Origin: Octopus bimaculoides
Taxonomy: Eukaryota
NCBI RefSeq assembly: GCF_001194135.2
Contig: NC_068981.1
Coordinates: 137,235,431-137,299,430, forward strand
Length of the DNA: 64,000 nt
Direction: 5' to 3'
In this document: positions 13,011 to 24,948 of the stretch, piece by piece
Layout of the letters: each line of letters starts with the position of its first letter
How positions within the stretch are numbered: position 1 is the stretch's first letter
Notes under the pieces: generated by a model
What the model was told of the DNA's origin: nothing
Seen by the model: the letters and a program-made list of their open reading frames with translations, nothing else
Database searches by the model: none
Program-made: the position numbers and the translations under genes

Positions 13011-13223
13011 TTAACCCCTTAGTATCTGGCCAAAACATTCTATTTGTTTTATGTTCAAACTGGCCAGATCTGGCCTCTCACACCATCCCTACAATATCAT
13101 TCTAAGAATTAGCAGTTACTTCATTAAAATCTCAAAGCTATGAGATAATGCACGATTAATTCAAAACAATGTGAATAAATACGCAATACATTTGACAAAG
13201 TAATCTGTATGCTAATGGGTTAA
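13011..13223. mobile_element. piggyBac-like MITE
   Basis: Termini TTAA-CCCCTTAG ... GCTAATGGG-TTAA. Internal sequence is shared with 15300-15529 and 19204-19432. Confidence 0.75.
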
Positions 13224-13804
13224 ACTACGTAGTTTTGATATCTTTTAAATGGGTACTGTTTCAGAAACACAATATTTATGGTTAGAAAATTTTTATATTT
13301 TAAGACAGAACCAATATAAAACAGAAAATGTAAACAGTTTCTGTCTTAAATCTAAATACGACAATCCCAGCTGTCAGGTCAAGTGATTTTATCCAGAAGA
13401 CAAAACCGAGGTCTTGAAATGTTGATAGCGGAATGAATCTTAGAAGATTCCAAACAAGCCATAAATCACAAAATCCTAACTAAAAACATTAGTAAAAGAA
13501 AATCTGTTAGCAGTCATGTTTTTACTTACACACACACACACACACACGCACATGTGCACAACAGGCATGCACACACACAAACATGTGCACAACACACGCA
13601 TGCACACACAATGGAGATTCTAATAACCACATTGTCTTTGGGATACTAATGAAAATAATATTGTTTTTACAAACCAGTGAAGAAACCTTGCTGTAGATGC
13701 TCAACATGCTAGAAATAGCAACTAGATGACCCTAATGTCCCATCCTACCGCCTTAAAAGATAAGTCACATTGGATAATGCAGTTCTAGATATACTCTATT
13801 ACTC

Positions 13805-14190
13805 TTTTACTTGTTTCAGTCATTTGACTGCGGCCATGCTGGAGCACTGCCTTTGGTCGAGCAAATCGACCCCAGGACTTATTCTTTGTAAGCCTAGTAC
13901 TTATTCTATCGGTCTCTTTTGCCAAACCGCTAAGTTGCAGTGACGTAAACACACCAGCATCAGTTGTCAAGCGATGTTGGGGGGACAAACACAGACACAC
14001 AAACACACACACATATATACATATACATATATACGACGGGCTTCTTTCAGTTTCCGTCTACCAAATCCACTCACAAGGCTTTGGTCGGCCCGAGGCTATA
14101 GTAGAAGACACTTGCCCAAGGTGCCACGCAGTGGGACTGAACCTGGAACCATGTGGTTGGTAGGCAAGCTACTTACCACACAGCCACTCA
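13805..14190 (-). mobile_element. Full-length SINE family A with internal (CA)n/(TA)n tract
   Basis: Minus-strand head gtggctgtgtggtaagtagcttgcc...ttccaggttcagtcccactgcgtggcaccttgggcaagtg (tRNA-like head plus a CORE-like ccttgggcaagt segment). More than 10 copies occur in the window. Confidence 0.9.
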
Positions 14191-14320
14191 TACGCTTACT
14201 GTGTATGGAATGACAAGTCTACTCAATCAGGGCTAACCTGGAGCTAAACAATAACAATCTTGTCTCAATGTAGTTTATTAAAAGTAGGCAATACCTTTCC
14301 AAGCTCCACTTAAATATAAC

Positions 14321-14532
14321 CCTTTCTACTATAGGCACAAGGCCTGAAATTTTGAGGGAGGGGGCCAGTTGATTAGATTCACCTCAGTACGTAACTGGTA
14401 CTTAATTTATCGACTCCCAAAAGGATGAAAGGCAAAGTCGAACTCAGTGGAATTTGAACTCAGAATGTAAAGACAGATGAAATACCACTAAGCATTTCAC
14501 CCAGCGTACTAACGATTCTGTCAATTCGCCTT
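14321..14532 (-). mobile_element. SINE family B copy
   Basis: Flanked by a 16-bp TSD with one mismatch: tccacttaaatataac (14305-14320) / tccacttaagtataac (14533-14548). Confidence 0.85.
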
Positions 14533-15299
14533 TCCACTTAAGTATAACACCAAACTATAAATATTAATCCAATATATATAGTACTTTATATAGTGTATAT
14601 AGTACTCTACTGCAAATATTTATAGAACTGAATGGATTAAACTAATGAGATTTAAATGCCTTGGGTACAGACACAATTTTCTACTTTCAGAGTGTTTAAT
14701 CTTAAAATTTTTAAAGTACATACTGTTAAATCAAGTCCTGTCTTGTCCCAATATCTGCAGTTTGAAAAATAATACGTCTACTATATGTATTTAGTATTGA
14801 CAATGACTGTAACAAAGGATGTTAGAACTGAGTTAATACCATGCAGATATAAGCATAAATGTGAACATTGCACGTACTAATAACTATAATGGAATATCTC
14901 CATTAAGCTCTCTGGGTCAAGTGTATGCACCAGTAGACTCACTGTTTCTGGCCTCAAACATTGCAGATGGGATTTTGGAAGGAAGTCAATGTGGAGTCTG
15001 CTACTAGTAGGTTACAGTTAATATGGTTTTTCTCTGTTGCCAACAGTATGAGAAATGTACTGTTTATAGTGACAGGAACCATTTGACTTTGTCAGTTTAT
15101 ATTAGCCTGACTGTGTGGTTGAGAAGCTAACTGGACATGAAATAAACTTATAAGTTTCTCTTTTACTAGTTTTTATTATTTATTATTTTTTCTTATGGAG
15201 TGTTGGTGGGGCAGGGATTATATTATGCAGAACATGGTTAATTGTTCAAAAGTACCTTAGATGAGGGAGCTGTTATTTGCCACATTTAAAGATAGTTGA

Positions 15300-15529
15300 T
15301 TAACCCTTTAGCGTTTAAACCAGACATATCCAACTGAAATAATCTACCTATTTTATCTTCAAACCAGTCAGATCTGGCCTCTCACACTTACCATGCAACA
15401 TTACTCTAAAAATAAACAATCACGTCATTGAAATCTCAAACCTACAAGGTAAGGCAATGACTAATCCAAATCAATGCAAATAAATAAGCATTACATTTGG
15501 CAGAGAAATCTGAATGCTAAAGGGTTTAA
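15300..15529. mobile_element. piggyBac-like MITE
   Basis: ttaaccctttagc ... gctaaagggtttaa termini. Homologous to 13011-13223. Confidence 0.75.
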
Positions 15530-18500
15530 GGTTCTACTATAAAAGGTGTTCTCAAGCATAACATTCTCCATTTTGATGTACACGATGACATGAAATGAGG
15601 CGAGAAAGAAATGACCAAAACAACAGTCTGAAGATGCTATAAAAACAATTAGATGAGAGATGAAATACAGGAAGCCAAGCCAATCATCTGTAACATGATG
15701 ACAAAGATTTCTAAACACTGTATATTAGATAACCATTTATCTTTATTTATTCAACAATGCTAATTTCAACCAAGGCCTCCACTAACCATCAGATATAACC
15801 TTAGTGGACAATAGTTCCATGCAAAAAAAATCCATCTTGCCAGCCATCAAAGGCACCAGCATATATGACGAAGCATAAATTCAGAAACAAGGAGGAGCTG
15901 ATAATATTTGATATGATGAAGGTGGATTAAAGATTGTGAGCTACTTAAAATAACGTAATGTGATGTGTTGTGACATGAAAGGTCTGGGACTGGGTACATA
16001 GATGCAGGTCCTCACAAAATAGTCATAAACGCAAACATAAGACAACAAGTGCAGACAAGCCTAAATGGTTAAGAACTATGACTTGCAATTGATGTACACC
16101 CAAGTTTAATCCTACTGCATGGCACCTACTTCTACTACAATCTTGAGTTGACCAATGTCTTCTGAGTAGAATTTGTAAATGGTATCTGTATGGAAATCAT
16201 TTACATATGTGTGAGTAATGAAAAAGAGCAAGACAGAAAGAGGTCTGAGTACATCTTTATATCAACACTAGGTGTGTGTGTGTGTGTGTCTGAGAAGACA
16301 AAGCTGTTTTTTTTTTTTTTTAATTTGCTTGGCAGCCACTGAATTTCATGTCCAATCTCCATGCATAACATCATGGGTGTCTTCTACTACATCATTGACT
16401 CACCAATGCCTTGTGGATTAATTTGGTAGAAGGAAATTGTGCAGAAGCCAGTCATGTACACACACAAGAATGTAAATGTAAGCGCATGTGTATAAGTAAA
16501 ACAGTGATATGATGTTTACATTCCTTGTTGATATTACAACCGATTGCTCTGGACTTTCAAATGTCCACAAAATAAAGAAAATTAAAAAACGCCTTGACTC
16601 ACAAAACATGCAGGGGTTGGTGACAGAAAGTGCATCAAGCCATAAAATTCTGCCTCAAATAACTACCTGCTCAACCCAAACTAGCAGGGAAAATGGAAGT
16701 TAAATGAACGAACACACCCACCCGCAAATCTACAGAGAAAAAGAGCATTTAATTACTTGATAAAATAGAAATATTAATATCTCATTGTTTTTGTGTTATG
16801 AATTAATAATATGCACATACAGTTTTTGTCATCAAGTATTTGTGAATGTCTATATACATATACACATGCATACACACGCAGAGGTGCACACGCACACATG
16901 TGTGCACAGGTGCACACACACATGTATGGCATTATTTTATAAAATTGCAGATAATAGTTAATAAATGAATGTGTTTGAATTGTTGAAATATTTTCATGAA
17001 TTTGATTCTATTCTTTCTGTATGTCGTGAATGGAAGAAAGCTTTTAATACCATTACCAGTCCCACCATTTAAACAAACCGAAAGAAATTTCTAACAAACA
17101 TTGCTAAAACATTCACAACAGGAAATGCATTGGATGATGTCACCAAAACATGGTAAACATGGTTCCATCTCAGGTGAGGTTAATCAATAACTTTTACTTT
17201 GATGGTCCACTGAGATATGTCATCACCACTACCACTTTCCATCGCCAACCTCTCTTCTAAAAGGTGAGTAATCAAGTTGCTTCACTACAACAAGAAACCT
17301 TTTCTGTTCTGGCCCTTTTCTTTCATACCTTACCCTTCTCTCTAGTCTTCATTTTCCCCACCTTGGGGCTCATGATCTTCCAAGCTGCATGGCAACCTCA
17401 TTAGTGCTGGTGCCACAAAAAAACAGCACCCAGTACATGCTGTAACATGGTTGGTATTTGGCATGGTTTCTATGGCTGAATGCCCTTCCTAAGCAGACAC
17501 TGGAGCACAATGCAACCCTTGGACCCATCAGATCTTGTCAAACCATCCAACCCATACTGACATGGACTTCAAATGATGATAATGATGTTTCTCAAATATC
17601 TTTGGAATTGGTTATAAAACATATGCGTATATAGTCCCATAGCAACCTCACTAATATTGGTGCTTGAAAAAAAAAACATCCAGTACATGTGGTTGGCATT
17701 AGGAAGGACATTCAGCTGTAGAAATTATGCAGAAGCAGATAATGGAGTACAATGACATGTCAAATATATATATATATGCATTATGTCATGCTTGAGAAGA
17801 AGAACCATCAAGTCGAGGAAAATCACATTCGTGGAAGATATTGGTATCAAGCAAATGACACCTGTGCCAGTGGTACATAAAAGCACCCCAGTGTCATGCA
17901 AATGGCACCTATGCCAGTGGCACATAAAAGCACCCATTACATTCTCAGAGTGGTTGGCATTAGGAAGGGCATTCAGCGATAGAAAACCATGTCAAACCAT
18001 CCAACCCATGCCAGCATGGACAACAGATGTTAACTGATGATGATATATATATATATATCAGTGATATGCAAAGTATATTACAAACAGTTTTAAGAAAATT
18101 TAATTGGTTTCCAGCTTTTTAAATTTGGTACAACACCTTGATGAAGAAAAAAGAATTATGTGGATGCAAAATCTCTTTTGCCATTTCCTTAATGAAAGAG
18201 TGGGAGTATGACGCAAAAGAAAAAAAAAAATCCATATTTTAGGAGTGCTTGATGTTAGTCGGTTTGAGAAGACTTGTTAGATCATATTATATGTCATCGT
18301 ATATCATAAGGTCAGATTGAAATATAAAATCTTCAAGCTGGAAAGATGACGCAATAGAGTTTAACAAAGCATCTGAAAATTCATTGATTATTCCAACCAA
18401 ACAGGCATCTCCTCTGGGTGTTATAATCATGATGATGATAATCATCATTTATGGTCTGGCTTCCATGCTGGCATGGGTTGGACAGCTATCATCATCATCA

Positions 18501-19203
18501 TGCTGGTATGGGTTGGATAGTTTGACAGGATCTGACAAACCACAAGGTGGCACTGAGCTTCAGTGTTAGCTTTGACAAAGTTTCTATGGTTGTATGCTCT
18601 TCCTAATGCCAACTACTTTACAATGTGTATTGAGTGCCTTTTTTCTTTTTTTTTATACCACCAATATTACTGAAGTTGCCCAGTAACTTTGCAAGAACAA
18701 GAAAAAAGGAAGGAAAAACAAGACCAAGAAAGACTAAGTGAGGGAAGGATTTGAGATAGGGAGGTAGTTTTTATCCCAGGTACCTTGCTATAGAGAATAT
18801 ACACGGTTACCCAACAATATATTAAGTGGGGATGGAAGTAGCAGGGAAGAACATTAAGATGATAGTGATGGGGTGCCTGAAGCCTGACTGGGTGTTTCTT
18901 TCTTAATGATTACAAATTAATGGAGAGCACTACTAAGACAAACTGTAATTTTTCTCTTGGACTGAAGGAAGAATCAATAACTATCAAATTCATAACCTCA
19001 GCAAAATAAGATTTTTCCACATTACTCTATGGTATTCAATGGATGTCAGGAATTGGTTTGATGAAAATAAGAGTAGAAAATGGATTGGTAATTGGTGGAT
19101 AGAGTGAGAGGGATTGGGGCATGTTGTTAAAATTTCCAGCTCTTATTATTCCAGACTTAAACATGAATACACAATACACATTCACTGAGGCATACATAAT
19201 ATA

Positions 19204-19432
19204 TAACTGTTTAGCATTCAGATTATTTTGTCAAATGTAATGCTTAAATAAATTCACATTTTTTGACTGAATCATTCATTATTTCATAGCTTCAAGTTTC
19301 TGATGGTATGATTGTTTATGTTTAGAATGGCATTTTAGGGTAAGTGTGAGAGATCAGATCTAACCAGTTTGAACATAAAACAGGTAGGATATTTTGGCCT
19401 GTTATGGTCAGTTTGAATGCTAAAGAGATAAG
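19204..19432. mobile_element. piggyBac-like MITE, opposite orientation, decayed ends
   Basis: tttagcattcagattattttgtcaaatgtaatgc...gtttgaatgctaaagagataa is the reverse complement of the 15300 copy. Confidence 0.65.
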
Positions 19433-20813
19433 CACACACATAGTACAGCATAGGCATGGATGGCTGTGTGGTTAAGAAGTTTGGGTTCAATCCCACTGCA
19501 GGACGCCTTGGACAAAATGTTTTCTGTTATAGCCCAGGCCAACCAAAGCCCTGTGAGTGGATTTGGCAAACAGAAACTGAGAGAAACCCATTATGCATGT
19601 GTATGTATTGTTTCCATGTCATGATGTTATGTGACTGTTGTAAATGAATGTCATTCATTTCCAATATTTTGCCTTTGGAAATATCCCCTTGCTTGGAAAC
19701 AGGTAAGAGTTGGTGACAGGAACAGCATCCAGCCATAGAAAACTTGCTTAAATAAACTGTCCAACCCAGGAAAGCATAGAAAAGGGGGCATTAAAACATT
19801 GATGGTAATACATATACAGAAACACATCATATGCATAGACACATCACACATGTATATCCATATACACATACACACAGACACAGAAAAACATACCCACATT
19901 TAATTTTAAGGAAATACTCATGTAGTCACTAGCATAGTTGGGTGGTGGAGGAACGATAGAGGCAGCTCTTGTAAAGGGACAGTATTTTTGGGTCTGCTGT
20001 AGGCAATGTATGTTTTTTTTTTTTGTGGGGTCCAGGGGGTGGCAATCAGAAGGGCCACCCTAGACAGTACACACTCTAGCTATGCTAGTGCATGTAATAT
20101 CAACACGACAGAGTGAATGATATTTGAATTATATATACTGCCCAACCAATGAGCTTCTGCCCATCTCACCCACAAAGCTTGGGTTCACCCAAGGGTATGC
20201 TAAAGGCATCAGTCCAAGATACAATGGGATTGAATTCAAGAACCTATGTTTGCAATGCAAACTTCTTAATCACCCAACCATTCCTGCATCTACACACAGA
20301 TACATACATACATATGATATACACAAATATATGCATATACAAAGAGTTCACACAAACATGCTTTTATACTCACACATATATGCAACTATACACAAGTGCA
20401 CACACATACGCATACAGGTTTAAACATATGCACATATACATACTACATGAACTGTGTATAAACTTACAACACAAACCAAAGATATAAGATATATATCAAT
20501 TATAGCTTTCACCTCTCTCTTCGCAAGACTAAGGAGTGGCATCTACAATGGTGTTGACACCAGAGTAGACGGCACTCCTTAGTCTTGCGACAGACAAGTG
20601 TAGTAGAGTCACTGATGTGATAAAAATCACCCAGTCCACTCTATGAAGTAGTTGGTGATGGGAAGGGCATTCAGCTATAAAAATATCAATAAATCATTAA
20701 AGGAAAGAAAGACAGAAGGAAGCAAGCGAGAGACTCCTGCCCTTTGCTGTGCAGAAAACCTATTTAGAGGAGGCAGTAACTTTGAATAAGAGATATGAAG
20801 TAGAGGGTACTTT

Positions 20814-21305
20814 GGCATAACTACAGATTGGGGCTCCACCCCAACTTTGGTTCTTTATAACTGTCTGAAGATGCAGATTTTTAAATGAAATTTTGCAGAG
20901 ATGCATTTTCAAGAGATTACGATTAAGTAGATAATTTAGAAAAAAAACAACGTTCTTGAATTGTGTCTTGATTTTCTTTAAAATGCATATTCTTAAATAA
21001 CATTTTGCGAAAATACGTTTGCCAGATTGTATATGAGCTAATGTTGATAAGGTTTCAAACATAAAAATCTGGAAGGGGAAAAATAATGAAAAATTAAAGT
21101 TATGGAAATTGGTAGGAACAAAATCTAAGCAAGGACGGAGAAAGAACAATTCAAATTCTTCTCAATTTTTTGCCTTATATTTTATCTACATTTTTGCAAT
21201 CTACACTTTCAAAAGCGTATTCAAATATCACTTAAAAGTATTTAGATAGAGTTGTGCAAAAAACAAAAGAAAATCGGTGGGGCACCAATTTGTACATATT
21301 CATAC
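20814..21305. mobile_element. Unclassified MITE with about 35-bp imperfect TIRs
   Basis: Left end ggcataactacagattggggctccacc, right end ggtggggcaccaatttgtac. Shares aatgaaattttgyagagatrcattttc with 24505-24948. Confidence 0.55.
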
Positions 21306-21935
21306 CGAAACGAGTATCGCTGAAGTCAGTGATACTATCAAATGCTTCCAGACCATGCCATAAAGTAAGTTAGTGACAAGGTTATCAGACAAATCAGTTA
21401 AGTGTCTGGTTTTCTGCGTTGGTGTGCCAGATGAGGAAGGCGTGTGACGGAGTGGCTAGACGCTTTAAGATCCGGCTAACATATTACGGCATACAAAGAA
21501 GTCATGACTATCATAATTATCACGCTATATATTTTTTGTTGTGTCTAGGGAGAGTCATTCTGTTTTAATGCCTTATTAATTAACACACTCATAGGTTCAA
21601 TTTCCACTCATTTACTTATTTATTTATTTTTGTTGCTTCTCGCAACCTCTTCAATAATTGTTGACTGTCCGCTATCGGAGTTGCGTTTTTATATATGCGT
21701 ATATATATATATATATATATATATATGGAATGTTCTTTATGTTGCCTGTCTCGTTTCTCTGTTTCTTTCGTTGTTTGAAAAAAAGTTCAATTTCCATGCT
21801 TTTGTCTTTTATGTTCTCATTTCTCATTTTGTTCACGCTTTTTTTTGACGTCCTGTACCCACACATGTATGTATATATATATATATATGTAAGCATGTAC
21901 ATGTATGTGTGTGTATATATGCATATACATATATA

Positions 21936-21971
<36 letters not shown>

Positions 21972-22608
21972 TATATATATATATTTATATATATATATAT
22001 TATTTATATATATATATTTATATATATATATTTATATATATATATATATTTATNNNNNNNNNNNNNNNNNNNNNNNNNNNNNNNNNNNNNNNNNNNNNNN
22101 NNNNNNNNNNNNNNNNNNNNNNNNNNNNNNNNNNNNNNNNNNNNNNNNNNNNNNNNNNNNNNNNNNNNNNNNNNNNNNNNNNNNNNNNNNNNNNNNNNNN
22201 NNNNNNNNNNNNNNNNNNNNNNNNNNNNNNNNNNNNNNNNNNNNNNNNNNNNNNNNNNNNNNNNNNNNNNNNNNNNNNNNNNNNNNNNNNNNNNNNNNNN
22301 NNNNNNNNNNNNNNNNNNNNNNNNNNNNNNNNNNNNNNNNNTATATATATATATATTATTTATATTATATATATTATATATATATATTATTTATATATAT
22401 ATATATTAATATTATATATATATATATTATTTATATTATATATATTATATATATATATTATTTATATTATATATATTATTTATATTATATATATATATAT
22501 TATTTATATTATATATATATATATATATTATTTATATTATATTATTTATATTATATATATATATATATTATTTATATTATATTATATTATATTATATTAT
22601 ATATTATT

Positions 22609-22646
<38 letters not shown>

Positions 22647-22648
22647 TC

Positions 22649-23048
22649 TTTTACTTATTTCAGTCATTAGACTGCGGTTATGCTGGAGCACTGCCTTAAA
22701 GGATTTTTTAGATGAAGAAATCGACCCCAGGACTTATTCTTTGTTAGCCTAGAACTTATTCTATTTGTCTCTTTTGCCGAACCGTTAAGCTACAGAGACG
22801 TGAACACACCAGCATCAGTTCTCAAGCGATGGTGGGGGAACAAACATAGATACAAATACACATACACACGCAAACATATATATATATATATACATAGATA
22901 TATATATATATATACGACGGGCTTCAGTTTCTGTCTAACCAAATCCACCCATAAGGCTTTGGTCTTGCCCAGGGTGCGACGTAATGGGACTGAACTCGGA
23001 ACCATGTGGTTGGGAAGCAAGCTTCTTACCACACAGTCACGACTGCGC
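22649..23048 (-). mobile_element. SINE family A copy
   Basis: Colinear with 13805-14190, including the internal microsatellite. Confidence 0.85.
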
Positions 23049-23811
23049 TTATAACATTATTCAGCACAAAACTTGCATTGTAGGGCATTCTTTTCTGAGA
23101 GCCCACAATTGGGAACACATTCCCGAAGCGCGTAGCATTGATACTTCGAGATGATCACCGGGTATATTTGGCCTACATGCCCACACATAGACACGCACGG
23201 GTGCGCGAGTGTGTATGTGTGGGTGTGTGTGTGTGAGAGAGAGAGTATGCATAAGGTGCTCAGCCTACTGGTTAGGGTATTGTACTCACAGTTGCTAGAG
23301 CATGGGTTCGATTCCCGGATAGGGCAGCGGGTTGTGTTCTTGTGCAAAACACTTCATTTCGCGTTGCTCCAGTCCACGCAGCTGCAAATGGAGAACCCGA
23401 TAGAATAGTCTTCTGAACAGGTGGGGGGGGGGATTGTTGGTTTATTCGCCTAGCCAATCAATCGAAGGCTAAAACAAAGCGCATTGTGACCAGCGATGGA
23501 TAACATCCGGTAGCCTGGTCAATACCGTGATATACACACACAGATATAGATATACACGCGCACGCGCACATGTGCACGAAGCAGGCAGACAAATGTACTC
23601 CTTCATATAGAGAAACACTCCCCGGAGACTTAATTACGCACCCAGACATATTTGAATATGATACGTTTGTGTTAATCTTAATTAATTGTAAACAATATTT
23701 AAGTAATTACATTAAATTACTATATACACATGCATTAATAAAGTTGCTAAAAACACAACTGGTTTACAATAATCGAGTAATACTAAACATACATACTAAA
23801 GAGTCGATCAT

Positions 23812-23842
<31 letters not shown>

Positions 23843-24504
23843 CAAGACAGATCAAATCCCGGGTTAACGAAAGCGTCACTACATGACCGACGGACTGCTA
23901 GAAATAGCAGCCAAATCACCAGTCTTTAAAAAAATAGTAGTAGTTCGCGAGGATGCTCACAGCTGGAGCGTTTAGCATAATGTCAGCTTCATCAGAGCTA
24001 ATCTGCTACCGCAACAACAACAGTACATAAAATGTGATTGTTGCCTGTCTCTGCCCAAGTCAGGCAAGCAAACCTAAAATACCAAACGATGTCAATTTCT
24101 CAGCCTAGACAATCACGTCCCTCTTTCAAGCATGGCAGATGTAAAACTACTACATTAGCTAATGTACCCCAACCTTCTATTTTCAAGACTTTAATGTAAT
24201 TTCGCTGTTATTTCTAGCAGCACCGTCCAACCTCTCTTTTTTGCTTATAACAACATGGTTTGATATAACAGTAATTCATTCAATACAAAGTTCTTAGCAT
24301 TGATAATAATGTGTGCAACGTGCGTGAACAGGATAGTAGTAAGTACGGTGGACGATATTTAATAATGTACAAATATTGAGTAAACATCGGTTACGAAAGG
24401 TATTTATTTGCCAAAAGACAGCAGAAGATTCGCATCTTTAGAAAGCACGCCAACCGTTCATTTGAAAAATTAATACAGAATACAATTAAATGCTCACATA
24501 CAAA

Positions 24505-24948
24505 GGCATAACTACTGCTTGTCTCCCACCCAGATTTTGTTACATCATAAATTTCCGTAAGAAAAGAAAATTGCATATATCTTAATGAAATTTTGTAGAG
24601 ATACATTTTCGAGGATGTGCATAACAGTTATGTTGAAAATAAGAAGAACATTTTGAAGTTTCGTATCATTCTACCCCGACTGATTCCTCAAAACTCTTTG
24701 AAATACTCATAAAACCCCCCCAAAAAGTGAAATTGTTTAAGTGACAAATTGATTGGTCGGTCACAATGTTGTAATAAGGAACGTGTGAGACGATGCGAAA
24801 CACCTCAGAAAAAAAAATGCACATGAAATTTTATCAATAATCTATACCCTCGAAAAAGTGGTTGAAGCAAAATTTTATTCAACACATACAATTTTTCAGG
24901 GAACTACAAGAAAATAAAATCAGTGGGGCACCAAACTGTAGTTATGTC
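24505..24948. mobile_element. Unclassified MITE, relative of 20814-21305
   Basis: Left end ggcataactactgcttgtctcccacccagatttt, right end aaaatcagtggggcaccaaactgtagttatgtc. Confidence 0.55.

Noticed and set aside
12330-13490. About 60-codon minus-strand open stretches near 12340-12520 and 13300-13480
   Set aside because: Stretches of this length are expected by chance in this much sequence, and they have no recognisable homology or convincing donor.
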